Shown one piece after another: positions 20,939-32,368 of a stretch of DNA of 64,000 bases. The translations under genes and the position numbers were made by a program. Position 1 is the stretch's first letter. Each line of letters opens with the position of its first letter. Under the pieces are notes generated by a model. It searched no databases. It was not told where the DNA came from and was given only the letters and a program-made list of their open reading frames with translations. Source of the stretch: Polyangiaceae bacterium (lineage in GTDB: Bacteria > Myxococcota_A > Polyangia > Polyangiales > Polyangiaceae); assembly GCA_044222475.1 (NCBI GenBank), contig JBGANF010000004.1, positions 78,794 to 142,793 of the forward strand, written 5' to 3'.

Positions 20939-21375
20939 CCCTCCTTGGGCGCCGACACGGTGAGCACCGGAACCGGTGACGTTCGCACGATCCGCTCCGC
21001 GACGCTGCCGAGCAGTACGCGGGTCAGACCGCGGCGACCGTGCGTACCCATCACGATGAGGCCGCACTTTCGGGCCTCGGCCATGTCGAGGATCTGGCGC
21101 GCCGTCTCGCCGAAGGCGACCTCACCCTCGACGTTCGCGTACTTCGCGCGCGTGCGGCCGAGGAGCTCGTCGAGCGCGGCCTTCGCTTGGCGCTCCATCT
21201 CGGCGATGGGCCACTGGATCATGTCGCCATACTCGGTCACTGGGATCGAGTACGCGTGCACCAGCGTGACCTTCGACCCGAACTTCTGCGCGAGCTCGAT
21301 CGCGTAGTCGAGGGCCGCGAGCGACGCCGGGCCGAAGTCGATCGGAACGAGGATCCTCTCGAGCGCGGGCTTCAT
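20935..21375 (-). CDS. Universal stress protein
   Basis: ILVPIDF, IVMGTHGRRG..LLGSVAERIVR..PVL. Confidence 0.93.
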   Translation of the reverse strand: MKPALERILVPIDFGPASLAALDYAIELAQKFGSKVTLVHAYSIPVTEYGDMIQWPIAEMERQAKAALDELLGRTRAKYANVEGEVAFGETARQILDMAEARKCGLIVMGTHGRRGLTRVLLGSVAERIVRTSPVPVLTVSAPKEG

Positions 21376-21704
21376 CGGCCGGCCGAGGAACCGCGAACCT
21401 TCGCTCCACGGGCGCGGGACTTCGCGTACTTCGCCTCCGGGGAGCCCTTCTGGAGCTGTTCGCGACTGGTGAGCCCAGCGTCGGGCTTCGAGCGGTTTGC
21501 GCTCTTCCGCGTCGACTTGCGAGACGGGCGCCCCTTCTGCTCTTCGAGCGCGTACGTCGCTTTCTTCGAGGCTCCCTTCTTGTTCCGTGATCGGCTCGCC
21601 AACGGACTGCCGGGCTTGCTGGCTTTGGCGCGCTTCGCCTTCTTCGCTTTCGCCGCACCGGTTCGCTGCGCGTTCGCCTTGTACTGCTCGGATCGGGTAG
21701 CCAT
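21372..21704 (-). CDS. Small Lys/Arg-rich basic protein
   Basis: 110 aa; K/R/A/S rich; ATGA overlap with USP and 1 nt gap to DUF2267. Confidence 0.7.
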   Translation of the reverse strand: MATRSEQYKANAQRTGAAKAKKAKRAKASKPGSPLASRSRNKKGASKKATYALEEQKGRPSRKSTRKSANRSKPDAGLTSREQLQKGSPEAKYAKSRARGAKVRGSSAGR

Positions 21705-21705
21705 G

Positions 21706-22275
21706 TCAGAAGCCTCTTTTCTGGTCGGTTGCGTTCGCGATCGTTCGCTGAGCGTTCAGCTCACGAGCGCTGGAGAGCTTGGTATCGCCGTGTGGGTTCG
21801 GTTCGGCAACCGAGTTCCGTTGAGCCGCGAGAGTACGCGGGCTCCTGCGAGCCGTCGAGGGTGGCTCGTCCGGGACCTCGCGCGCATCGAACAGCGCCGC
21901 GACGTTCGGAGGGAGGGCACGACGCACACGGGCGCACGCCGACACCGGAGCGAGCTCGCCGATCGCTTGGAGGACGACCTGAACCTCCTCGCGCGCCTCG
22001 CCTGGGGCACGATCGCGGGCGTGCGCCCGATAGAGACCCTCGAGGTCCATCGACTCGTGATGCGCGGGCGCGCTCAACGCACGCCCCCACGTGACGGGCA
22101 GCGCGTTCGCGAGCGGGCGGCGCTCGTCTTGGGTCAACATCGCTCCGAGGGCGCCGAGCACGGACGGGATGATCCGTCGCGCTTCCGTCAGCGGTACCGG
22201 AGCCCGTTCGGCGACGCGCCGCGCGAGCGCGCGCCCGAGCGCTGCCCGCTCTTGGGTCGAGGGTTCGGTGCTCAT
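21706..22275 (-). CDS. DUF2267-like protein
   Basis: Two repeats of VL.AL/IG..L..LP pattern; C-terminal SVAEPNPHGDTKLSS; ATG picked. Confidence 0.65.
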   Translation of the reverse strand: MSTEPSTQERAALGRALARRVAERAPVPLTEARRIIPSVLGALGAMLTQDERRPLANALPVTWGRALSAPAHHESMDLEGLYRAHARDRAPGEAREEVQVVLQAIGELAPVSACARVRRALPPNVAALFDAREVPDEPPSTARRSPRTLAAQRNSVAEPNPHGDTKLSSARELNAQRTIANATDQKRGF

Positions 22276-22287
22276 GGGCGAGACGGG

Positions 22288-22303
22288 TGCAACCGCCGAG
22301 CCA
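22288..22303 (-). promoter_or_regulatory. sigma54 promoter for the DUF2267-basic protein-USP operon
   Basis: Minus strand TGGCTCGGCGGTTGCA, close to consensus TGGCACG-N4-TTGC. Confidence 0.75.
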
Positions 22304-22336
22304 ACCTCGATCGGCCGAGCCGGGCGCCGAACGCGA

Positions 22337-22351
22337 GCGCACCGCTTGCGT
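22337..22351. promoter_or_regulatory. Putative activator palindrome GCGCA-CCGCT-TGCGT
   Basis: One mismatch to GCGCA-N5-TGCGC; between divergent sigma54 promoters. Confidence 0.6.
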
Positions 22352-22413
22352 AGAGCTGCAAAAAGAATCGGCTCGAGGCCATGGAACCCTCGGGAACTCA
22401 GCCGAATTTCGGC

Positions 22414-22429
22414 TGGCACGCCCGGTGCT
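22414..22429 (+). promoter_or_regulatory. sigma54 promoter
   Basis: TGGCACGCCCGGTGCT = GG-N10-GC with perfect -24 box. Confidence 0.75.
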
Positions 22430-22440
22430 TCGACCCGCCG

Positions 22441-22725
22441 GTGATGTCGAACGATCGCCGCCTCGCTGCCATCCGTCTACAGGCCGCAATCGCTCGTGCG
22501 CTCGTCGACGAGGTCGATCGAGCACTGCCCACCGACAGTGTTCGCGACGTCTCCCTCGAGCTCGCGGACGAGCTCGCTCGCTTGAGCGCGCGGATCCTCG
22601 ACGGGGCGAGGGCTCTTCGCGAAGCGAGCGTCCCTCCGCCTCCCCTGTCGGGGGTCGCCTCTCGCGACGACGGCGCCGACCCCGGCGAGCTCACCAGTGA
22701 AGACGCCGCTGCAAGTGGGCGGTGA
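22441..22725 (+). CDS. Small helical hypothetical protein
   Basis: Amphipathic helices ([23 protein letters not shown]); directly behind a sigma54 motif; start GTG 22441 or ATG 22444. Confidence 0.6.
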   Translation: MMSNDRRLAAIRLQAAIARALVDEVDRALPTDSVRDVSLELADELARLSARILDGARALREASVPPPPLSGVASRDDGADPGELTSEDAAASGR

Positions 22726-23824
22726 GGTCGCGCGCCATCGACTCCTGCCGCTTCACGCTCGGGTGATGCTGGCAGCCCCATCCATCGCTGCCGTCCTGCA
22801 TCGGTAGCTCGAGGAGCTCGATGTCCATCCCGCGGTCGCGCGCCGACTTCACGATCGCGTTCGTCATCGAGCGCGCGGTGTCGAGGGCGCGACCGTAGAG
22901 CATCGGTCCGAGCGCGGCGACGAACGGGCTCGTCGGCCACTGGCGGTGGAGATCGTCGAGGAGCGCGGCGTACGCGGCCTCGAACCCGGCTTGTGGCGGC
23001 GCGCCGAACGCAAAGTCGTTCGTCGCCAGGTTGATCACGATCGCTCCTGGCGCCGAGAGGGCGTCCGGCGGAGGGCTCGACTTTCGGGTCGGCACGGTGC
23101 GCTTGATGCGCGCGCCCATGGTGTCGTCGCGATCGCCGTCGTTGTTGCGATAGACCCCGCCGCCCGAGAAGGCGAGGATGACGACGTCCGCTCCGAGGGC
23201 TCGGGCGGTCACCCCCGCCCAACCCCGGTAGGCGTTCTCCTCCGAGGCCACGAACCCGCAGCCGGGGCCTTTGCCCTCCGTCCCGTAGCCGCACGTGATC
23301 GAGTCGCCGACGAACAGCAAGCTACGCGCGGGCGCGACCGTCGGGAGATAGGGACCGTCCACGTCGAAGCCGAGCAGCTGAGTCTCGCCCCACAGGGCCT
23401 CGCTGTTGCGAAACAGGCTGACGTCGTGAGGCCCCTTCGCGAGCCCGTCCGCGAGGACGTAGCTCTGTTCGCCGGGGCGAAGGGTGAGTCGCGACTCCTT
23501 CCCGTCGACGACGACGGTGAAGTGAACGTGACCACCCGAACCGTCGAGGAAGCGCACCTTCGCCGAGGTCCCGTCGAACCGCAGGTCGATCCGCGTGCCG
23601 GGCCACGAGAAATGCGGGCCTCGCGGATCGGTCCGGTCGAAGTAGCCGACGAATCGCGGGCCCGTGGTGGGCGTCGGTGTCGCGCTCGCGCTCGGTGACG
23701 CGCTGGCGACCGTGCTCGCCGCGGTGGTGCTCGGCGAGGGAGCCTTGGCCGCTGGCGGCGGGTCGTCACGCCGGCACGCGACCGCGAGCATGCACCCAAG
23801 ACCCATCGCGTGGAGCAAGCGCAT
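22691..23824 (-). CDS. SGNH/GDSL esterase lipoprotein (CE2-like)
   Basis: Lipobox AVAC; FSWPG, VGDSITCGYG, NLATND, HPS. Confidence 0.85.
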   Translation of the reverse strand: MRLLHAMGLGCMLAVACRRDDPPPAAKAPSPSTTAASTVASASPSASATPTPTTGPRFVGYFDRTDPRGPHFSWPGTRIDLRFDGTSAKVRFLDGSGGHVHFTVVVDGKESRLTLRPGEQSYVLADGLAKGPHDVSLFRNSEALWGETQLLGFDVDGPYLPTVAPARSLLFVGDSITCGYGTEGKGPGCGFVASEENAYRGWAGVTARALGADVVILAFSGGGVYRNNDGDRDDTMGARIKRTVPTRKSSPPPDALSAPGAIVINLATNDFAFGAPPQAGFEAAYAALLDDLHRQWPTSPFVAALGPMLYGRALDTARSMTNAIVKSARDRGMDIELLELPMQDGSDGWGCQHHPSVKRQESMARDLTAHLQRRLHW

Positions 23825-23849
23825 GCGGGGACATGCTATCAGAAGCGTG

Positions 23850-24494
23850 ATGTCGCTTCTCTCGCTGCTCGCTCACGCGCGCGTCGTCGAGCGACGCAGC
23901 GCGCTCTCCACCGAGGAGATCGCCTCGCTCGGCGAGCTACCGGCCGAGACGGCGCGCTACGCGGACAAGCGACGCGACGAGTTCCTCCTCGGACGATGGG
24001 TGGCGAAGCGCGCCCTCGCGGAGCTCGGAGCCGAGGTCGGCGTGCTCCCGATCGCGGCCGAGCGAGCGCCGCGCTGGCCTGCCGGCTTCGTCGGATCGAT
24101 CACCCATTGCGCCGGCTACGCGGGGGCGGCGGTCGCCCCCGCCGGTACGCTGAGGGGCGTCGGCATCGACGCCCAGCCGGTCGCGATGGAGCGATCACGC
24201 GAAGCGCTGCGTCGCACCGCGACCGACGCCGAGATCGCGCTGCTCGCGATCGCCGACGAGATGACCGCCCGCACCGTCGCCTTCTCGGCCAAAGAGGCCC
24301 TCTACAAGGCGCTCGCGCCCACCGTCGGAGGGTACTTCGGCTTCGAAGCGGCCCGCGTGAGCCGCGGAGCCGGCGACGAGATCGAGCTCACCCTCACGCG
24401 CGGGCTTCACTCCGACCTGCTCGCCAATCGTACCTTTTTGGTACGATATTCGGTGTCGTCCGGGGTCGCGTTCGCGGCCGTCGAGTGGCGCTGA
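23850..24494 (+). CDS. EntD/Sfp-type 4'-phosphopantetheinyl transferase
   Basis: KRRDEFLLGR, PRWP..GSITH, GVGIDAQ, FSAKEALYK. Confidence 0.88.
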   Translation: MSLLSLLAHARVVERRSALSTEEIASLGELPAETARYADKRRDEFLLGRWVAKRALAELGAEVGVLPIAAERAPRWPAGFVGSITHCAGYAGAAVAPAGTLRGVGIDAQPVAMERSREALRRTATDAEIALLAIADEMTARTVAFSAKEALYKALAPTVGGYFGFEAARVSRGAGDEIELTLTRGLHSDLLANRTFLVRYSVSSGVAFAAVEWR

Positions 24495-24506
24495 GCGACG
24501 AGGACG

Positions 24507-25454
24507 TCAGAACCGAGCTTCGATCTCCACGAGCTCGCTGGCGACGTCGGGGTCGTCCTTGTCGACGACCGCGAGCAACCGCGTCTCGCTCGCGACGGTG
24601 AGCCCCTCGAGCTTGTCGGTCAGCGGCGCCCCCGTCTCGTCGACGACGAGCGCGTACCTCGGCTCGGCTTCGTCGAGCACGCCAATCGCGACGCCGGCGA
24701 CCGGGCCGTCGCGCGTCGCATCGGGCGAGGCCTCTGCAGCGGCGAGGTAGAGGCTCCGCCCGAACGCGCGCGTCGCGTCGGTGAAGGTGAGGCGGCAACC
24801 GAAGGCGGTCCCCAGATCGTAGGTGGTGACCTCCCCGAGCACGGGCAGCGGCGCCCCCGTCTCGTCGTCGAGGTAGCGGAGGAGCTCCACCACGGAGACC
24901 GGCACCGTGGCGTCGACCGGATGGAGGCCGCCGACCGCGGCCCCGTTGCCGCGGTTGAAGAACCAGACGTCGCTACCGACGACGAGGGCGCCTTCGACGT
25001 TGAGCTCGCTCCCGGAGAACTCGGTCCGTTCGCGCAGCGCGGCATAGAGGCGAGGCGCGGGCGAGACGCGAAGCTCGCCGCCTTCCGCCCAGCGAACGAC
25101 GCGATCGCGGCCGGCGGCGCTCCCGGATCCGAACGCGAAGAGGACCCCGTCGACGACGACACAAGCCTCGAGGTCGAGCTTGTCCTTCTTGTTGCCGCGC
25201 CGCTCGTCGAACTGGCGCTTGCCGCCTTTTCCGGCCGGCAGCGTCACCGAGCGGCACGTCCCGTCGCCGACGATCGCGATGAAGCTCGCATCGTCCTGGA
25301 CGACCGCGAGACGGCCGCCAACCCAAGAGACCGACGAACCCGCGCGAACGTGCGCCGGACGGTCGAGCGCGGCGTCGGCGCCCTCGTCGTACCCGAGGGG
25401 GCGACGCGAGCGAACGACGAAACGAAGCGAGTCATCGAGCCGAGCGCGCCGCAC
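24507..25454 (-). CDS. Hypothetical protein (DUF6929-like, probable beta-propeller)
   Basis: KLDLEA, FGSGS, LNVEGA, NRGNG, KLEGL motifs. Confidence 0.65.
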   Translation of the reverse strand: MRRARLDDSLRFVVRSRRPLGYDEGADAALDRPAHVRAGSSVSWVGGRLAVVQDDASFIAIVGDGTCRSVTLPAGKGGKRQFDERRGNKKDKLDLEACVVVDGVLFAFGSGSAAGRDRVVRWAEGGELRVSPAPRLYAALRERTEFSGSELNVEGALVVGSDVWFFNRGNGAAVGGLHPVDATVPVSVVELLRYLDDETGAPLPVLGEVTTYDLGTAFGCRLTFTDATRAFGRSLYLAAAEASPDATRDGPVAGVAIGVLDEAEPRYALVVDETGAPLTDKLEGLTVASETRLLAVVDKDDPDVASELVEIEARF

Positions 25455-25485
25455 GCGCCGAGGGTAGCCCGGAGGCTCGTGCCCC

Positions 25486-26876
<1,391 letters not shown>

Positions 26877-26880
<4 letters not shown>

Positions 26881-28478
26881 GGATCGGGGCTCGGGTGTCG
26901 TTCGGGTTGGCGAAGAGGCAACAAGACGCTGAAGACGGTGCGACCGGGATCGCTCGTCACGGTGATCGTGCCGCCGTGGTCCGAGACGATGCGGTGCGTG
27001 ATCGCCAGGCCGAGCCCGGTGCCGGTCGCCTTGGTCGAGTAGAAGGCGTCGAAGATCGGCGCGGTCGTCGAGAGCCCCGCGCCGTCGTCCTCGACCTCGA
27101 AGAGCACGTCGTGGGGGCGGCGACGAACGCGGAGCGTCACGGTTCCGGATCCGATCGGCTCCACCGCTTCGATGGCGTTGCGGGTGAGGTTGAGGAGCAC
27201 CTGCTCGAGGCGGCCGCCGTCTCCCGCGAAGTGCACGTCACGCGGCGGCGCATCGAGGCGCAGGGCGACGTGAGCCTGCTTTGCGTCCTCCAGCAACAGC
27301 GCGTGCACTCGATCGAGGAGAGCGCGCGCCGACACCTGCTCGAACGCGAGCGGCTTCGGGCGCGCGAAGTCGAGGAACTCGGTCGTCAACCGGGCGAGGC
27401 GTTGGATCTCTTCGGCGATCACCGACACCGCCTCGACCATCTCCGGCGGCGCCTTGGGCTGCTTCGCCAAGGCGCGGGTGAGGTACGCGGTGTGGAGCTG
27501 CGCGCCGTTGAGCGGGTTCCGGATCTCGTGGGCGAGGCCTGCCGCGAGCGTCCCCACTGCGGCGAGCTTCTCCACCCGCCGCGCCCGCTCCTCCTGGGCA
27601 TGCTCCTCGGTGCGGTCGGAGCCCATGAGGAACACCACGCCATCGGTCGGCGCGTTGGCAAACTGCCAACGCATCATCCGCGTGCCCCCGTTCCGCGCGC
27701 GCAGCGGAACGTCGATCGTCGACGACTCGTTCGGAGCGTCTTCCTCGGCGCGGGACGCGGCGAGCGCGGCCATGAACTCGTCGCGCCGATCGGGGACGAT
27801 GAAGCGAACGACGAACTCTTCGCCGTCGACCTCCTCTCGAGCGTACCCGGTGACGCGCTCGGCTTGCCGGTTGAAGAACTGGATCCGCCCCGCAGCGTCG
27901 AGCCCGATCACCGCGAGCCGCGCGAGCTCGACCGCGGCGACGTAACGGCGCTCTGTGTGAGCGAGCCGCGCCTCCTCTTGCATCTGCTGGGCTCGGCGAA
28001 GGCGGTCGCCGAGCGCATCGGCGTAGCTCTCGAGCATGATCGCGAGATCGACGTCGAGGATCTTGCTCAACGCGTCACGGGTCGCCTCGCGCTCCGGTGA
28101 CGCGAGGACGGTGTCGACGACGCGCGACAGCTCCTGCCGAAGCTGCGCCATCGCGGTGAACATGTACTTCTGCTTCAAGCCGACGCGTACGTGCACGACG
28201 CCGATGCGCCACGTGTCGTCGTAGTAGGCCACGCCGTAGCTCCCCGACAGAACGCGGCGCATCCAGGCCACGAGCGACGCGTGGAGGCGCTCGATCTGAG
28301 CTTCGTCGACGAGCACCGCGTGCGCCTCTTCGTTCTCGCGGATGCGGTCGTAGAAGGCCCCCGCGATCCGATGGAAGTGCTGCTCGGCGGCGGGGCGCAG
28401 AGCGAGGAGCCTCGCCGCGTCGGCTTCGTCGAAGCCGACGTAACGAAGTAGCTCATCCATCGCCTGCGCCTTCGGCAC
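26877..28478 (-). CDS. Globin-coupled (protoglobin-PAS) histidine kinase (NmpU/AfGcHK-like)
   Basis: [21 protein letters not shown] proximal His; [17 protein letters not shown]; start GTG 28478 or ATG 28460. Confidence 0.9.
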
Positions 28479-28480
28479 GC

Positions 28481-28933
28481 TCAGTCCGCTTTCGCGTCGC
28501 CTCGAATGGCGAGAACCGGTTTCTTCGCGGTACGAATCACCTGCTCGGCCACGCTGCCGAGCAGAGCTCGCGCGATCCCGCGGCGACCGTGGGTGCCGAC
28601 GCAGATGAGATCCGCTCCGACCGCGTCGGCGACGGTGTGGATCTCGTCGACCGGGTTGCCCTGACGCAGCTCGATCTTCATCTCGACGCCGCTCGCCTTG
28701 CGCTTCTCGACGGTCGCTTGAAGCGCAGCCTGCGCGCCGTTCATGATGCGGGTCGCCATCTCGACCGTCGCGACGAACGCGCCGTCGGGGAACCCGTACA
28801 CCGGCAGCTCGTACGCGTGGAGGATGACGACCTTTCCGCCGAGCGACTTCGCGAGATCGACGGCGTAGTCGAGCGCCTTCTCGGACGTATCACTGAAGTC
28901 GATGGGAACGAGGATGGTCTTGGGGATCGCCAT
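28481..28933 (-). CDS. Universal stress protein
   Basis: ILVPIDFS, GTHGRRG..LLGSVAEQVIR. Confidence 0.93.
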   Translation of the reverse strand: MAIPKTILVPIDFSDTSEKALDYAVDLAKSLGGKVVILHAYELPVYGFPDGAFVATVEMATRIMNGAQAALQATVEKRKASGVEMKIELRQGNPVDEIHTVADAVGADLICVGTHGRRGIARALLGSVAEQVIRTAKKPVLAIRGDAKAD

Positions 28934-28945
28934 GCGCTAGCGCAG

Positions 28946-28961
28946 TGCCACTTCCGTGCCG
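28946..28961 (-). promoter_or_regulatory. sigma54 promoter for the usp-globin kinase-activator operon
   Basis: Minus strand CGGCACGGAAGTGGCA = GG-N10-GC; ATG 14 nt from the C. Confidence 0.68.
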
Positions 28962-29022
28962 CGCAAACCGAGCGCTTTTTCGCGTAACTGCGCCACACTT
29001 CAACGCAACTCCGGCACGGTTC

Positions 29023-29037
29023 GCGCAGATTCTGCGC
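29023..29037. promoter_or_regulatory. Perfect palindrome GCGCA-GATTC-TGCGC (putative activator site)
   Basis: Intergenic, about 95 nt upstream of the predicted start site; weaker copy GCGCA-AACCG-AGCGC at 28961-28975. Confidence 0.65.
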
Positions 29038-29052
29038 AGCACCCGCCGTCGC

Positions 29053-29631
29053 TCAGTTGGTGCGCTGATCGCTGCGACGGGGAACGATGTCGACCGGAGC
29101 AGCCCGGGCGACGCTCCCGGCCGGCACGCTACGAGTCACCACCGCTCCGGCCATGATCTTCGCGCCGTCGCCCACGACGATCGGCCCCAGCAGCACCGCG
29201 CCGGGCCCCACGTGCACGTCCTTGCCGAGCGTCGGCGCGCCCTTGGTCTTGGTCTCGGGATCGAACGACTCGCCCAGGGTGACGTTGTGGAACAGGATGC
29301 AGCCTTCGCCGATCTTCGCGGCGTGGCTGACGACGATGCCGTTGCCGTGCACGAGCGAGATCCCCGGCGCGATGGTGGCGTCCCAGTGGATCTCCGCGCC
29401 GTAGGCGTGGCGGATGAGGCGACTCGCGACCTGCGCTCCGAGCGGGAGGTGCGCGTCGCGGAGCGCGTGCATCGCGCGAATCGCGGTCGTCATCTGGAAG
29501 CCGATCCGGGTGACGAGGGCCTTCGGTAGCGCCGCGAGCGACTGACCCTCGCCGTGGTAGCGAGCTCGCGCCGACTCCATCGCGCGAAAGTCGGCGACGA
29601 CGGCGGAGGCGAACTTGCGGAGCGCGCTCAC
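29053..29631 (-). CDS. Serine O-acetyltransferase-like hexapeptide acyltransferase (EpsC-like)
   Basis: EIHWDATIAPG..HGNGIVV..IGEGC..VTLG..PTLG..GAVV; GTGA overlap. Confidence 0.85.
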   Translation of the reverse strand: MSALRKFASAVVADFRAMESARARYHGEGQSLAALPKALVTRIGFQMTTAIRAMHALRDAHLPLGAQVASRLIRHAYGAEIHWDATIAPGISLVHGNGIVVSHAAKIGEGCILFHNVTLGESFDPETKTKGAPTLGKDVHVGPGAVLLGPIVVGDGAKIMAGAVVTRSVPAGSVARAAPVDIVPRRSDQRTN

Positions 29632-30659
29632 GGCCGGCTCCTCCGCAGGGCGCGCTCGCTGGCGCGACGTGACCGTGCGTACTCCGCGACTCGCCGCATC
29701 GTCCCGAGAAGTGTGCCACACCCGGCGCGCACGCCACGGAAATACTCGATGCCGAACACGAAGGTGCACGCGCGGAGCGCCGTACGCTCGAACCCGAGCC
29801 CATCGAGCCCCTTCGCCGCGCCCATGGCCGCGCGAGCGACCAGGCCGGCCCCGCGAGGAGCGGCCATCGCGAGCACGAGGAGCGGACGACTGACCGGGTG
29901 GACGAGCCAGAGGTACGAGAAGGGGTTCGCGCTCTCCTCTTCCGGGTGCTTGGCCGAGATCCGCAGATCGTAGACGCCGTAGTCGAAGGAGCGTTGGTGC
30001 CAGAAGCGATCGCTCCCGTGATCGGAGTCGTGGAGGCTCTTCGCCTTCTCCGAGACGCCGAGGCGCTTCCCCGCCTTCTCGAGCCGGATGCCGAGCTCGC
30101 GATCTTCGGAGCGCTTCAGCGTGCGATCGAACCCGCCGACCGCGACGTAGTCGTCGCGGTAGAAGCTCACGTTTCCGGTCGCGAGGTTCACGCCGCGGAC
30201 CGGCCGCTTCCCCGAGGCCGCGTCGCGCGCGAAGCGCACGAGTTGATCGGCGTGAAACTTCTCGAAGAGCGGCAGCTTGGCGTCGGGCGGAGGCACGATC
30301 AGCCCCATGACGACGTCGGCGCCGGCAGCGTGGGCGCGGAGGTGCTCGGCGAGGAAGTCCGGCGCGAGCCGCATGTCGTCGTCGACGATGACGATGACGC
30401 GACCTCGCGCCATCCGAATGCCGCGATCGCGAGCGGCTGCTTGACCAGCGTTCGCTTGCTCCACGAGCTCGAGCGCGTACGGGAGCTTCATCGCCTCGAC
30501 GAACGGACGAACCGGCACCTTGCTGCCGTCGTCGACCAGGATGACGTCGAAGGTGCCGGGCGGAAGGTCCTGGGCTGCGAGATCCTGCAACAACGCGGAC
30601 AACAATCGGCCACGGTTGTAGGTGGCGACGACGACCGTGATCTCGAGCGCGACGGACAA
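29628..30659 (-). CDS. GT2 glycosyltransferase (EpsD-like)
   Basis: VVATYNR, VDDGS, VDDDM, GGFD..SEDRELG. Confidence 0.88.
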   Translation of the reverse strand: MSVALEITVVVATYNRGRLLSALLQDLAAQDLPPGTFDVILVDDGSKVPVRPFVEAMKLPYALELVEQANAGQAAARDRGIRMARGRVIVIVDDDMRLAPDFLAEHLRAHAAGADVVMGLIVPPPDAKLPLFEKFHADQLVRFARDAASGKRPVRGVNLATGNVSFYRDDYVAVGGFDRTLKRSEDRELGIRLEKAGKRLGVSEKAKSLHDSDHGSDRFWHQRSFDYGVYDLRISAKHPEEESANPFSYLWLVHPVSRPLLVLAMAAPRGAGLVARAAMGAAKGLDGLGFERTALRACTFVFGIEYFRGVRAGCGTLLGTMRRVAEYARSRRASERALRRSRP

Positions 30660-30740
30660 GCTCTCCTACTCTACCTACTTTAGCCTACCTCGAACCATGA
30701 ATCCCCTGGGCATCGCCGGGTTCACTGGTAACCTCGAAGG

Positions 30741-31319
30741 ATGCTGCGGAGGCGGTTGTTCCAAGCCCTCGTAGCCGCCGCGGCGGCCAGCTTCGTGTCT
30801 GGCGCAGGGGCCGGCGGCGCGCGGGCGAAGCACGCCCCGTTGGCGGCGAGCCCCGTGAGGTCCGGGGCCGAGAGACCCGACGTCCACCGGGAGGAGAGCT
30901 TCGAGCTCATCGCCGCCAACAACGGCGAGAAGATGACCGTGCACTTCGTCGACGGAGCGGTGACGCCCGAATCCGCGAAAGAAGCGAAGCACCTGATGCG
31001 CTGCCTCAAGAACGACAAGGAGCACGACATCGACCCTCGCCTGCTCTTCACGCTCTGGCAGCTCGCGCGGGACAACGGCGGCACCCTGCTCTTGATCTCG
31101 GCGTACCGAACGCCAGAGCGACGGAACGACAAGAACTTCCACACGCTGGGGATGGCCGCCGACGTGCGCATCCCCGGCAGTTGGGCGTGGCGCATGCGCG
31201 ACGCGGCGCGAAAGCTCGGAGTGCGCGGCCTGGGCACCTACCCGACGACGAACATGATCCACGTGGACGTCCGAGACGACCCGTTCAGCTGGGTCGACTA
31301 CTCGGGACCCACCCACTGA
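30741..31319 (+). CDS. YcbK/DUF882 (peptidase M15) protein with Tat-like signal
   Basis: RRRLF signal; IDPRL, ISAYRTP, H..GMAAD, GLGTYP..IHVD. Confidence 0.85.
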   Translation: MLRRRLFQALVAAAAASFVSGAGAGGARAKHAPLAASPVRSGAERPDVHREESFELIAANNGEKMTVHFVDGAVTPESAKEAKHLMRCLKNDKEHDIDPRLLFTLWQLARDNGGTLLLISAYRTPERRNDKNFHTLGMAADVRIPGSWAWRMRDAARKLGVRGLGTYPTTNMIHVDVRDDPFSWVDYSGPTH

Positions 31320-31332
31320 GCGACCGAAGCGA

Positions 31333-32289
31333 CTACTCGCCGGCGTCCATCGCGGTGCCTTCGGCACCCAGATCCGAGATGGCGGCGTGGATGCTCTTCG
31401 GGATCCACTCTTCGTCCTTCGCCGGAGGCGGCAGCACCACCGGGTCGCCGTCGTAGCGGACGCGCTTGCCGGGGAACAGGAACGTCTTCACGAGGTAGAT
31501 GAAGAGCGACTTCTGCTCGAGCGCCGGGTGGATGTGCGGGTGAAGCTCCTTCTCGTGCGCGGCCGGCGTGAGGCTCCAGTGGAGGCCGGGGTGCACGTGA
31601 TGGATCCCGTGGTACCCGTTGTTGAACGTGATGAAGTTGAAGATCTTGCCGACGAAGTTGCGCGAGTGGTTGTACGGGTGGTCCTCGTCGCAGCCGTCGT
31701 GCTGGACGTAGTTCACGCTCGTGATGCCCCACACTGCGAAGAGGTGCGGAAGCATGACGAAGACGAGCGCCTTCCTCCAGTCGAGGATGAACAGCGCGAG
31801 CTTCGTGCCCCAACCGAAGAACATCTCGACGAGCAGCTGGCGATACCAGTTCGGCATCGTGCGCTTCATCATGCCGACGTAGCGGTAGTTCTCGAACAAG
31901 ATGTCGAACGCGACCTTGGGGAAGAACAGCGCCGCGTTCACGATCTGGATCTTCGAGCGGACCTTCGACGTCCGCATCAGGTCGGCGTTCTTCTGCGTGT
32001 GCTTGTGGTGGCTCAGGTTGTGTCCCGGCACGTACTCGCTGACCGGAAAGCCGTAGGAGCACGTGAGCGCGACCTGGAACACTTTGTTGAGGAAGCGGCT
32101 CCGGAAGACCGGCGTGTGGAGCGTGTTGTGGGTGATGACGGCGCAGATCCACGACGTCACCGCGAGACCCACCGTCAGCCCGGCGATCGTCCACGGCGAG
32201 CGCCAGCCGTAGACCCACGCGCTCGCGAGGAACACGTAGTAGAACGCCACGAAGGCGAGCGTCCGGATGTCCGCACGGAAGCGCAGCAT
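31333..32289 (-). CDS. Membrane fatty acid desaturase family protein
   Basis: His boxes HNTLH, HNLSHH, HGIHH. Confidence 0.88.
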   Translation of the reverse strand: MLRFRADIRTLAFVAFYYVFLASAWVYGWRSPWTIAGLTVGLAVTSWICAVITHNTLHTPVFRSRFLNKVFQVALTCSYGFPVSEYVPGHNLSHHKHTQKNADLMRTSKVRSKIQIVNAALFFPKVAFDILFENYRYVGMMKRTMPNWYRQLLVEMFFGWGTKLALFILDWRKALVFVMLPHLFAVWGITSVNYVQHDGCDEDHPYNHSRNFVGKIFNFITFNNGYHGIHHVHPGLHWSLTPAAHEKELHPHIHPALEQKSLFIYLVKTFLFPGKRVRYDGDPVVLPPPAKDEEWIPKSIHAAISDLGAEGTAMDAGE

Positions 32290-32368
32290 GCAGGGCGCCT
32301 CATAGCACGGCGGAAACGAAAACGCCCAACCTGCAGGATGCTTCTGGTCGCGGTCGCTGCTACGCGGA

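Noticed and set aside
29012..29027. Plus-strand GG-N10-GC (CGGCACGGTTCGCGCA) pointing antisense into the acetyltransferase
   Set aside because: Weak -12, overlaps the palindrome, and has no sense gene downstream; cannot be distinguished from chance
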